A DNA stretch of 64,000 nucleotides from an uncultured Pseudomonadota bacterium (lineage in GTDB: Bacteria; Myxococcota_A; Polyangia; Fen-1088): contig CAWFVU010000002.1 of assembly GCA_963819375.1 (NCBI GenBank), positions 430,156-494,155 on the forward strand, read 5' to 3'. A program made the position numbers and the translations under genes. A model generated the notes under the pieces. The model did not search any database and was not told the origin of the DNA. It was given only the letters and a program-made list of their open reading frames with translations. Within the stretch, counting starts at the first letter, position 1. Each line of letters begins with the position of its first letter. Shown one piece after another: positions 7,792 through 19,203 of this stretch.

Positions 7792-9171
7792 CTACTTGCC
7801 GCAGACCATCGAGAGCGACGGCGCGAGTGAGCCGACGGCGGAGGAATAGTTCGAGGGGACGGTGGTGACGTTGGCGGCGATGACCCCGTCGGCGATCCGC
7901 GCGGTGATGGTCGCGGCCGTCGTGTTCGACCAGCTGTCGCCCATGGCCGACGCGCCGAAGCTGGTGTCGACGAGGATCGTCTTGCCCGTCAGCGTGTGCA
8001 CGTACTGATAGGTGGCGGTTTTTCCGTTGTAGCTGCTGGCGGTCGTGCCGGTGCTGAAGAACCCGTTCGCCGTCGCGACGCCGGTCGTCCAGACCATGTC
8101 GTAGTTGACGCTCTTCATGGCGCCCCAGTAGCTGTTGGTGACGTCATCGGCGTTCCAGGTCGAGTGGTCGATGGCCACCACGGCGTTCGGCATGTTCGAC
8201 TTGATCGCGCAGGTGATGTCGGCGGCCAGCTGGCCGAGCTCCGCGTAGGAGAGGGCGTCGACGGTGGAGCTGGCCGCCCCGGGGCTGCTGCCGGAGGCGT
8301 TCGGGTAGTTGACCTGCGTGCTGTCGGTGTACTGGACGAAGTCGCCTTCCAGCAGCCAGACGAGCGGCTTGGTCGGCCAGGCGGTGTGCACCTGCTTGGC
8401 GTAGCTGGCGTAGGCGGCGACGATCTGGGAGCGGTACTTCCGGATGGTGTAGGCGCCGCCCGTCGCGAGGCTGGCGCCGCCGGTGGTGTTCTGGTCGGGG
8501 AACCCGTTGGCGTGGCCCAGGTAGCCGATGAGATAGGCGTAGAAGACCGGGACCAGATTGGTCGGCGCGACGTTGTTGGTGAGCCAGCTGCACCCGTTGC
8601 AGCCGGTGATGTTGCCGCTCTGCTGGATCTCCGAGCCGACCCAGTTCGAGATGAACTGCAGGTAGCTGTACGAGGCGAGCGAGCCGCCCGAGCTGTTGGT
8701 CCCCCAGGCGAAGGCACACCCGAACGGCTGTTCGTTCAGCGCCGTGGAGCCGCAGCTCCCGGTCGTGCCGCCAGTGGCGGTGGTGCCGCCCGTGCCCGTC
8801 GTTCCACCCGTTGCCTTGGTGCCGCCTGTTCCTGTCGTGCCGCCGGTCGCGGGCGTTCCTCCGCTGCCCGTCGCGCCGCCCGTGGCCTTGGTGCCGCCTG
8901 TTCCGGTCGTGCCGCCGGCCGCGGGGGTGCCGCCGGTGGCTGTCGCGCCGCCCGCGGCCTTGGTGCCGCCTGTTCCTGTCGTACCGCCGGTCGTGGCCGT
9001 ACCGCCGGTGCTGGTGGCGCCGCCGGTGGCGCTCCCGCCGGAACCACCGGTTCCCTGCTCCGTTTCGCCACCGCTACAACCCTGGGCAACCAGGGAGACG
9101 ACTCCCACGAGCAGGATGAGCAGAGGGAAATATCCGAACGCGGCCACGCGAGGCGAGGGGGGGCGATTCAT
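7792..9171 (-). CDS. secreted lipoprotein, putative glycoside hydrolase of unassigned (possibly GH6-like) fold
   Basis: I prefer ATG 9171 (MNRPPSPRVAAFGYFPLLILLVGVVSLVAQGC, lipobox). An approximately 100-aa GT-rich linker follows. The approximately 310-aa domain has PLVWLLEGDFVQY, AVVAIDHSTWN and ILVDTSFGAS. Confidence 0.6.
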   Translation of the reverse strand: MNRPPSPRVAAFGYFPLLILLVGVVSLVAQGCSGGETEQGTGGSGGSATGGATSTGGTATTGGTTGTGGTKAAGGATATGGTPAAGGTTGTGGTKATGGATGSGGTPATGGTTGTGGTKATGGTTGTGGTTATGGTTGSCGSTALNEQPFGCAFAWGTNSSGGSLASYSYLQFISNWVGSEIQQSGNITGCNGCSWLTNNVAPTNLVPVFYAYLIGYLGHANGFPDQNTTGGASLATGGAYTIRKYRSQIVAAYASYAKQVHTAWPTKPLVWLLEGDFVQYTDSTQVNYPNASGSSPGAASSTVDALSYAELGQLAADITCAIKSNMPNAVVAIDHSTWNADDVTNSYWGAMKSVNYDMVWTTGVATANGFFSTGTTASSYNGKTATYQYVHTLTGKTILVDTSFGASAMGDSWSNTTAATITARIADGVIAANVTTVPSNYSSAVGSLAPSLSMVCGK

Positions 9172-9324
9172 GGCTATTCGATAGGTGTCGCGAGCCCCCC
9201 GCATCGATCCAAAAATCGGCAGCTCGCGTGCCGACGGTGGCATCGCACACCTCCGCACATCGAGGCGCCGCGGCGGTTGCCGTCGCGACCAAGGGCGCTC
9301 GCCGGTGGGTCGCCGCGCGGCGCC

Positions 9325-10767
9325 TCAACCGGCGGCGGCGAGCTTGGGCGGCGGGGCCTGCCGGGCGATCAGCTGGGCGAGATCGCCGCGGCAGGAGCCG
9401 CACCCGGTGCCGGCCTTGGTCACCTCGCCCAGCGCCTCGACGGTGCAGGCGCCGGCGCCAATCGCGTCGCAGAGGCGCGATTCGTTCACCTTGTGACAGG
9501 TGCAGACCAGGCGATCGGCCGGGGCGCCGGTGCCGAACGCGGCGTTCGGACAGAGCGCCTCGAGCGGATCGTCGGGGAGCGTGTCGCCGCGATCGAAGAT
9601 CTGCACCAGGCTGGCGGCCGCCTCGGTGTTGCCGACGAAGAGGGCGCCGACCAGCTTCCCCTCGCGGACGATCATCTTTCGGTAGGCGCCGCGGCGGGTC
9701 TCGACGATCTGGATGACCTCGTCGCTCTCCAGCTCCGGCTCGACCCGTCCCATCGAGGCCACGTCGATCCCCGCCACCTTGAGCCGGGTGTAGAGCTTCG
9801 AGCCGCGGTAGCGCGCCTGCGGATTCGAGCCCGAGAGGATGTCGCCGAGGACGGCCGCTTGCTCCCAGGCGGGGGTCACGATGCCGTAGGTCTTGGCGGC
9901 GTGCTCGGCGCACTCGCCGATGGCGTAAACGCCGGGCGCCTCGGTGGCCATCGCGTCGTTGACGATGATCCCCCGGTTGATGGGGATGCCGGAGGCGCGC
10001 GCGACCTCGATCCGGGGGCGGACGCCGCAGGCGAGCACCACCATGTCGGCGGCGAGCGTCTTGCCGTCGTCGAGCCGGACGCCCTCGACGGCGACGTCAC
10101 CGACGACCGCTTCGATGGTGCGCGCGGTGCGCACGAAGATCCCGCAGCGTTCGATCTCGCGCTCGAGCATCTCGCCGCCCAGCTCGTCGAGCTGCGCGTT
10201 CATCAGGGTCTTGCTGGCGTGAATGACGGTGACGTGCAGGCCGCGGTCGGCCAGCACCTTGGCGGCCTCGAGGCCGAGGAGGCCGCCACCGAGGACGACG
10301 GCGGTGTCTCCGGCGCGGGCGTGCGCGCGCATGCGGGCGCAATCGTCCATCGTCCGGTAGACGAAGACGCCGGGCCGCAGCTCTCCGCCGGCGATGGTCA
10401 TCCCGTCGAGCGGCGGCACCAGCGGCTGGCTTCCGGTGGCGAGCACGGCGGCGTCGTAGCGGTGGAGCGCGCCGTCGGCGGTCTCGAGCTGTTTGGCGGA
10501 GGTGTCGAGCCGCTTGACGATCGCGCCGTCGTGGAGGCGGATGCCGTGCGCCTCGTACCAGGCGCGCGGCTTGGTGACGATCGACTCGGGCGCGGCGCCG
10601 CCCAGTACCTTGCTGAGCAGGATCCGGTTGTAGGCGCCGCCCTTCTCCTCGCCGTAGACGACGACGTCGTAGCGCTGGAGCGCCTTTCGCTCGACGAGCT
10701 CGTCGAGCAGACGGCAGGTCGCCATCCCGTTGCCGATGATGGCCAGGATCTTCTTGCGCAGGCTCAA
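9325..10767 (-). CDS. NAD(P)H/FAD-dependent electron-transfer subunit of assimilatory nitrate reductase (NirB N-terminal-like, BFD-type 2Fe-2S)
   Basis: TTG 10767 overlaps the nasA stop (TTGA). Rossmann motifs ILAIIGNGMA and VVLGGGLLGLEAA. C-terminal CTCHKV...C...GTGCGSC. The upstream part of the listed 1173-aa ORF is a shadow of nasA. Confidence 0.8.
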   Translation of the reverse strand: MSLRKKILAIIGNGMATCRLLDELVERKALQRYDVVVYGEEKGGAYNRILLSKVLGGAAPESIVTKPRAWYEAHGIRLHDGAIVKRLDTSAKQLETADGALHRYDAAVLATGSQPLVPPLDGMTIAGGELRPGVFVYRTMDDCARMRAHARAGDTAVVLGGGLLGLEAAKVLADRGLHVTVIHASKTLMNAQLDELGGEMLEREIERCGIFVRTARTIEAVVGDVAVEGVRLDDGKTLAADMVVLACGVRPRIEVARASGIPINRGIIVNDAMATEAPGVYAIGECAEHAAKTYGIVTPAWEQAAVLGDILSGSNPQARYRGSKLYTRLKVAGIDVASMGRVEPELESDEVIQIVETRRGAYRKMIVREGKLVGALFVGNTEAAASLVQIFDRGDTLPDDPLEALCPNAAFGTGAPADRLVCTCHKVNESRLCDAIGAGACTVEALGEVTKAGTGCGSCRGDLAQLIARQAPPPKLAAAG

Positions 10768-12902
10768 GCGGCTCCTCGCGCGGCCGCCGTCGCGGAGCGG
10801 GGCGCTGCCTTTGTGGCTGGCGCGACCGTGGCGCGCACCGCGCAGATCTTGAACTCCGGCATGCGGCTCACCGGGTCGAGCGCCGGCACGGTCAGGGCGT
10901 TGGCGGCGCTCTTGCCGCCCCAGTGAAAGGGCGCGAACACGGTGTCGGGCCGGATGTCGGGGCTGACGGCGACGGAGAAGACGACCTCGCCTCGGCGGCT
11001 CGCGACGAGGAGGTTGCCGCCGTCGGCGACACCGAGCTGGGCGGCGAGGCGCGGGTGGATCTGCAGCCGCGGCTCCGGCCGGACGTCGCGCAGCGCGGCC
11101 ACGCGGCGGGTCTGCGCGCCCGAGTTGTAGTGCTCCTTGTAGCGGCCGGTCGTGAAGTAGAGCGGGTAGGCGGCGTCGGGGAGCTCGGCCGCGGGACGGT
11201 GGCGCACGGCGATGAAGCGCGCCTTTCCGTCTGGAAAGGCGAAGCTCTCGGCGAACAGACGCGGCGTGCCGGGATGGTCCTCGGCGGGGCAGGGCCAGAA
11301 GATCCCGTCGGCGGCGCGGATCTTGTCGTAGCTGATGCCGCTGTAGTCGGCGCGGGCGCCCGCCGTGGCCCGGCGGAGCTCGGCGAAGACCTCTTCGCTC
11401 GAGGAGAACCGGAAGCGCGGGCCCTCGCCCAGGCGCTCGGCCAGCGCGGCGAGGATCTCGAGATCGGTCTTCACGCCGGGAGGGGGAAGGCGGACGCGGC
11501 GCCGCAGGATCACGCGCCCTTCGAGGTTGGTCATCGTGCCGTCCTCCTCCGCCCACTCGGTGACCGGCAGGATGACGTGCGCGGCGGCGGCGGTCTCGTT
11601 GACGAACGCGTCGCAGACGACCAGCAGCTCCAGCGAGGCGAGCCGCTTGTCGATGTGGCGCGCGTTGGGCGAGGCGACGGCGACGTTCGACCCGAACACC
11701 AGCAGCGCGCGGATGCCGCCCTCGGGCCCGAGCGCGTCGAGGAGCTCGTAGGCGCTCTTCCCCTTGCCGGGCAGCGCCGCGGGGTCGACGCCCCAGACGC
11801 GGGCGATCGCCGCCCGGTCGTCGGCATTTTCGATCAGCCGGTAGCCGGGGAGCTGGTCGGCCTTCTGGCCGTGCTCGCGTCCCCCCTGACCGTTCCCCTG
11901 GCCGGTCAGGCAGCCGTAGCCGCTGTGCGGCTTGCCGACCTTGCCGAGCGCGAGCATGAGGTTGGTGAACGCGACGACCGTGTCGGCCCCTTTCGACTGC
12001 TGCTCGGGGCCGCGCCCGGAGAGCAGCATGCTGCTCTCGACCTCCGCCAGCAGGTGGACGGTGCGCCGTTGCTTTTCGATCGACACGCCGGTCATCCGTT
12101 CGACGTGCGCCGGGTGGACGCCGAGCACGGCCCGTCGGACCTCGTCGAATCCAACAGTGCGGCGGGCGACGTAGTCGAGATCGATGAGGCCATCTTCGAT
12201 GGCGAGGTGCAGAAGACCGTTGGCCAGGAGGAGGTCGGTCCCCGGCGTGAGCTGGAGGTGCAGCTCCGCGGCCTTCGCCGTGTCGGTGCGGCGGGGATCG
12301 ACGACGATCAGCGCCCCCTGAGCGCGCTGCGCGGAGATCCACTGCATGAGCGGCGGCATCGTATCGGCGACGTTCGAGCCCCAGAGCAGCAGCGTCTTGG
12401 TCTCCGCGATGTCGCTGACCGGAAACGGCAGCCCGCGATCGATCCCGAAGGCGCGGTTCTGGCCGGCGGCCGCCGAGGCCATGCAGTAGCGGCCGTTGTA
12501 GTCGATGTGCGGCGTGCGGAGCGCCAGGCGGGCGAACTTGCCCAAGAGGTAGGCCTTCTCGTTGGTGAGCGCGCCGCTGCCGAACGCCGCCAGCGCCTCG
12601 GGGCCGTGGGCGGCGCGAATCGCCAGCAGCCGCTCGGCGATGAAATCGAGCGCGGTCTCCCAGCTGGCCGGCGCGAAGCGGCCGTCGGCGCCCCGCAGGA
12701 GCGGCGTCGTCACCCGCTCGGCGTGGTCGAGCAGACTCGCCGAGGTGAACCCCTTGGTGCACATCTGGCCGCGGTTGACGGGGAACGCGTCGTCCGGGCG
12801 GACCTCCAGCGCCTGCGAGACGGTCATCCCGCACTGGAACGCGCAATACGGGCAGTGTGTGCGGGTGGGGAGCGTGGCGAGTGTGGGACGAGAGGCGGAC
12901 AT
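10764..12902 (-). CDS. nasA: assimilatory nitrate reductase catalytic subunit (molybdopterin oxidoreductase)
   Basis: N-terminal Fe-S cluster motif HCPYCAFQCG...MCTKG, MopB body, C-terminal barrel (SPDIRPDTVFAPFHWG). 712 aa, intact. Confidence 0.9.
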   Translation of the reverse strand: MSASRPTLATLPTRTHCPYCAFQCGMTVSQALEVRPDDAFPVNRGQMCTKGFTSASLLDHAERVTTPLLRGADGRFAPASWETALDFIAERLLAIRAAHGPEALAAFGSGALTNEKAYLLGKFARLALRTPHIDYNGRYCMASAAAGQNRAFGIDRGLPFPVSDIAETKTLLLWGSNVADTMPPLMQWISAQRAQGALIVVDPRRTDTAKAAELHLQLTPGTDLLLANGLLHLAIEDGLIDLDYVARRTVGFDEVRRAVLGVHPAHVERMTGVSIEKQRRTVHLLAEVESSMLLSGRGPEQQSKGADTVVAFTNLMLALGKVGKPHSGYGCLTGQGNGQGGREHGQKADQLPGYRLIENADDRAAIARVWGVDPAALPGKGKSAYELLDALGPEGGIRALLVFGSNVAVASPNARHIDKRLASLELLVVCDAFVNETAAAAHVILPVTEWAEEDGTMTNLEGRVILRRRVRLPPPGVKTDLEILAALAERLGEGPRFRFSSSEEVFAELRRATAGARADYSGISYDKIRAADGIFWPCPAEDHPGTPRLFAESFAFPDGKARFIAVRHRPAAELPDAAYPLYFTTGRYKEHYNSGAQTRRVAALRDVRPEPRLQIHPRLAAQLGVADGGNLLVASRRGEVVFSVAVSPDIRPDTVFAPFHWGGKSAANALTVPALDPVSRMPEFKICAVRATVAPATKAAPRSATAAARGAA

Positions 12903-12974
12903 CGAAGCGCCGGGAGGCGCCTCTTATTGATTAGACGGTCTCTCGTTTCGGCGACGTTTCGTGGTGCCCGTTGT

Positions 12975-15055
<2,081 letters not shown>

Positions 15056-15361
15056 TCAGCCGAAGCGGCGGAGCTCCCGTTGCCGGCGGGCCGCCGTCGC
15101 CAACGCCCATCCGAAGAGCGCCGACAGGACGTCGCCGACCGAGTTCGCCAGCGTGTCCTGCGTCGGATAGGCGAACACGGAGGGGACGAGGTTTTTGAAC
15201 ACGTGCTCGACGATCTCCCACGCGACGGCGATCCCGAACGTCGGCCAGAACCCGAGCCCGATCAGACCGGCAGCGACGCCCACCAGCCCGTGCAGGGGCG
15301 AGTAACGGTCGAACGGGGGATAGTTGATCTCCCCCGGTCGGGCCGTTCGCTCCGCGAACAT
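15056..15361 (-). CDS. small membrane protein (101 aa, 2-3 TM)
   Basis: ATG 15361. MFAERTARPGEINYPPFDRYSPLHGLVGVAAGLIGLGFWPTFGIAVAWEIVEH... GC3-rich. It forms the tail of the composite listed ORF 15056..16513. Confidence 0.6.
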   Translation of the reverse strand: MFAERTARPGEINYPPFDRYSPLHGLVGVAAGLIGLGFWPTFGIAVAWEIVEHVFKNLVPSVFAYPTQDTLANSVGDVLSALFGWALATAARRQRELRRFG

Positions 15362-15399
15362 GCCCTCAATCTGGGGCCGATCCGGCGCCGGGCCTAGGC

Positions 15400-16378
15400 C
15401 TAGCGGCTGAAGTGCAGATGGACGATGGTGACGGCCAGCGCCAGGGCCACGGGCACGGCGACCCACCAGGCCCTCGAGGACCGGGCGGCCATCTGCAAGG
15501 TGGTCAGCCGCTCGGTGGGGATGGCCGAGGCGAGCGGGTTGACGGTCGCCATGACCACCGCCGGACGCCAAGCCCAGGCCGTCAGATCCGGGCGCCGCAT
15601 GATCTCGGCGGTGCCGTGCACCCGCCGCCGGGGCGGCCGCGCCTCGACCGCCCGCGCGTCGCGGGAGAGCCCCGCCGCGACCACCACCGAGGGCAAGCGG
15701 GTGCCCGCAGGGGGGTGGAAGGTTGGTGGGTGGCAGCCGGGGGGAGACCGGCGCCGTCTCGAGGTCTTCGACTCTCGGCGTTCCGTAGCGCTTGGTGCGG
15801 GTGCGTTTCTCGTCGTCGAGGGTGACGTCGAGGGCCAGCCGCGGGAAACCGTCGGTCGTCGAGGGATCGACGGAGATCCTGCGGATGGTCCCGGCGGCCG
15901 CGACGGCCCCTTGCTCGCCCAGCAGGACGTCGACGCCGCCGTCGAGCCGCAGGAACGGCAGCGTCGCGGTCAACCGCACCATCTGCTCGTCGACCTGTGC
16001 CTCGCAGCGGAGCGGCTTGTCGACGCCGTCGATCCGCAGCTTGGCGGGGAGCGCCTGCTTGGTGCGCGCGGCGATCAGATTCTCGATCACGGCCGCCACC
16101 GCCGGCTTGATCTCGCCGAAAGTGACCGCCAGCTCGAAGCCGCCCGGCGCGGCGGTGACGCGCACGATCTTTCCGGTCACCGAGCGAGGTCCGTGCGGCA
16201 GCAGGACGTCGCACTTGATCTCGGTCCCGATCGGACAGGACTCCGTCGAGACCAGCGAGAGACCACTGGCGCTCAGATCGACCCCGCGCCCGTAGACGCG
16301 TCCTTTTCCGTCGATGCGCGCCAGGCAGATCGCTTCGTCGTAAGGGATCCGGGGTGAGTCTCGCCGGGCTTGGGTCAT
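15400..16378 (-). CDS. PilZ-domain protein with C-terminal TM anchor (one frame break)
   Basis: ATG 16378 behind GAAGGGGG. N-terminal RRDSPRIPY...DLSASGLSL is PilZ-like. The reading frame continues in ORF 15400..15696 (...[19 protein letters not shown]) after a +1 error in the G6 run 15710-15715. Confidence 0.65.
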
Positions 16379-16556
16379 GCGGCCCCCTTCGCCTCGAATT
16401 GTGGCACGTGCGGCGCGCGAGAGAAGACCGCATGCGCGATCGTCACCGCATTTTGGGCGGAGGTCCCGCGACACCGACGGACGAGTCGCCTGATCGGGGC
16501 GCAAGTGTGGCAAGTGTGGAAAGGAGGGACAGTGTCGAAAGAAAGGACCGTGAGCC

Positions 16557-17206
16557 CTAGCTCTCGAGCTGCGGCGGGACGTCCGGCCATGGTGGAAGCG
16601 GAGGGAGTCCCAGCGCCTCGCGGACCAGCGCGAACGATCGCCGGTGGACCGGACAGGCGCCCAGCTTCACGAGGGCGCTCGCGTGCGCCTGCACCGGATA
16701 GCCCTTGTGCTGCGCGAAGCCGTAACCAGGAAACTGGGCGTCGAGCTGCGCGCATCTTCGCGTCGCGCGCGGTCTTGGCGAGGATCGAGGCCGCGGCGAT
16801 CGACAGACTCTTGGCGTCGCCGCCGACGATCCGCTGTTGCGGCAGCGCGACCTCGCGCAGCTTGCGGCCGTCGATCAACAGATGCTCGGCGGCGGGGGCC
16901 AGCGCCGCGATGGCGCGCCGCATGGCCGCCAGGCCCGCCCAGTAGATGTTGATGCGATCGATCTCCTCGACCTCGGCGAACGCCACCGCCCAGGCGACGG
17001 CCCTGCTTCTTGATGATCGGCGCCAGGCGCTCGCGGGTCTCGACGTCGAGCCGCTTGGAGTCGTCCACCTCGGCAATCCGCGTCCCCGGCGCGAGAATGA
17101 CCGCGGCGGCCGCCACCGGTCCGGCCAGCGGGCTCATGCCGGCCTCGTCGACCCCGGCGATTCGGGTGACGCCGTTGCCCCACAGGGCGGTCTCGAAGCG
17201 CAGCAT
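16557..17206 (-). pseudogene. rnhB: ribonuclease HII, two single-base insertions in this sequence
   Basis: [14 protein letters not shown] (17206 frame), [27 protein letters not shown]...[22 protein letters not shown] (17076 frame), then [21 protein letters not shown]...CPVHRRSF (third frame, TAG 16559-16557). Breaks are at CCC 17001-17003 and about 16748. A coding-like in-frame extension runs up to 17425. Confidence 0.85.
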
Positions 17207-17425
17207 GGTCCGCAGCCGTTGTCCCTCGGCGCGGTTGTCCCGTCGCCGCCTGGCGACAGCCTCGAGGATGGCGCGCGCCCCCGCGCGCGGGTCGGCCTCG
17301 AGCGCTGCCTCGATGCTCGCGGGCAGCGGGCGGCCGCCGTCGACATAACGCGCACGCAGCTCGAGCAGCGAGGCCGGTTGCGGCGAAGCCAGTCGGGCGC
17401 GAAGCCAGTGGGATCGTTCGGCGGG

Positions 17426-18170
17426 TCACGGCGGCAGGGTGGCCAGCGCGGCGCGCGCCTCTGCCGCGTGCGTGCCGAGCGGGGCCAGCTCGAGATACTT
17501 GCGGAACGCGTCGCGCGACTCCGGGAGCCGTCCGGTGTCGCGCTGGACCTTCCCGACGACGATGTACGCGTCGGCGGATCCGGGATCGGAGCCGAGCGCC
17601 AGGTTCGCCAGATCGAGCGCCTCGCCCGCGCGTCCCTGCGCGAGCGCGGCCTCCGCGCGCTGGGTCAGCACAGCCGCGGGCTCTGCGCTCGCGGCGGCAG
17701 GCGTGTTGGCGTCGGCCCGATTGCGGGCCGCCTGACCATGCAGCGCAACGGCCACCACGAACGCCACGATGGCGGCGCCGCCGATCACGACGACGGTGCG
17801 CTTGCGGCCCGCCACCGGCGCGCGGGGATCGTAGTGGGGCGCGGTGCCGGGATCGTTCGCGACCGGCTCGACCGCCTGCTCGCCGTCGACCAACCAGTGC
17901 AGCGTCGACTCCGAGAGACCCATCTCCTGCTTGGGCTCGGCTGCGCGACAGCGCTCGTCGACCCTTGGCGGGCGGCGGCTCGTCGGGCTTGGTCAGGACT
18001 GGCTCGTCCGTGGCCGCGCCGCCGCGTCGGGCGGGCTCGGCGGATGCGGGAGCCGCCTCTTCGGGACGCGCCTCTGCCGGGGGCCAGGCCGGCTCGTCCG
18101 ATCTGGCGGGCGCCGCGGCCGGCGCCTCCGGTGCAGGCCGGGTTTCGTCCTCGGACTCCGGGCTCGGCAT
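17426..18170 (-). CDS. membrane-anchored TPR protein (one frame break near 17963)
   Basis: ORF 17426..17923 has a TM helix (VVVIGGAAIVAFVVAVAL) and TPR-like ALDLANLAL..DAYIVVGKV. An acidic/Pro-rich N-terminus from ATG 18170 (MPSPESEDETRP...) joins it if one G of AAGGG (CCC 17962-17964 on +) is removed. Confidence 0.55.
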
Positions 18171-18256
18171 GTTCGTGACCAGGAAGACTAGTGCATTTTT
18201 ATTCAGGGCGCGTCCGGAAAATCGCCCGACGCGCCCGTCGGTTTCCATCTGTTAAC

Positions 18257-19163
18257 ATGGTCGTCGAGATGGCGAAGCCCGTCGACGACACCACGCTCGA
18301 GCGTCAGCCAACCATGGAGCCGCCCGCAGCGCCGCGCGGCCCGAGCGCCTACCTGCTGGTGATTGCGGGGCCGAGCTTCGGCGAGATGCACCGGCTGCAG
18401 GGGAACCGATCGGTGATCGGCCGCGCCGACACCGCGGCCATTCGCGTGCTCGACGACGGCATCTCGCGCGAGCACGCCGCGGTCGAGCGCGACGGCGGCA
18501 AGAACGTGCTCGTCAATCTCGGGTCGACCAACGGGACGTTCTGCAACGGAACGAAGGATCGAACGCCACGAGCTGACCGACGGCGACAAGATCTCCGTCG
18601 GCGCGTCGACGATCTTGAAGTTCACCTACCAGGACCAGGTCGACGAGCGCTATCAGAAGCGCCTCTTCGAGTCGTCGCTCCGGGACGGGCTGACGTCGAC
18701 GTTCAACCGGCGCTACTTCGTCGATCGGCTGAACACCGAGATGCGGTTCGCCTCGCGGCACGACAAGTCGCTGGCGTTGCTGTTCATCGACATCGATCAC
18801 TTCAAGAAGATCAACGACGGCTTCGGGCACCAGGCGGGGGACTACGTCCTGGCGGCGGTGGCGCGCGAGATGATCGCCACCATCCGGGCCGAGGACGTGC
18901 TGGCCCGTTACGGCGGCGAGGAGTTCGCCGTCATCTGCCGCGAGATCGAGAGGGAGGGCGCGCTGGCGCTGGGCGAGCGGCTGCGGGCCGCGGTCGCGCG
19001 CGCCCGGTTCGAGCACGAGGGCCGGGTCATCCCGGTCACCATCAGCGTGGGCGCGGCGGTCGCGCGCAAGCCGCAGCAAGCCCAGCCGTTGATCGCGGCC
19101 GCCGACGCCGCGATGTACGAGGCCAAGCGGGCCGGCCGCAACCGCGTCTCATTTCATGAATAA
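18257..19163 (+). CDS. FHA-domain diguanylate cyclase (FHA + GGDEF), one frame break
   Basis: FHA: SVIGRADTAAIRVLDDGISREHAAV...GSTNGTFCNG. GGDEF: FIDIDHFKKINDGFGHQAGD, RYGGEEFAV. Removing one G at 18556-18557 gives NGTKIERHELTDGDKISVG. Confidence 0.85.
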
Positions 19164-19203
19164 ATAGAGACAGCGGCGGGGTCGTTGGTATGGTGGGGGC
19201 CGG

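Noticed and set aside
9325-12846. Treating composite track ORFs as single genes. Examples: 9325..12846, 15056..16513, 26589..29819, 46389..48554, 51201..52751, 52780..54780.
   Set aside because: In each case only the C-terminal part is a real protein: the nasB-like subunit, the small membrane protein, GH43, the PD40 protein, ModC and ModA. The N-terminal part is an out-of-frame read-through of the upstream gene. Internal starts with lipoboxes, RBSs or ATGA overlaps fit much better.
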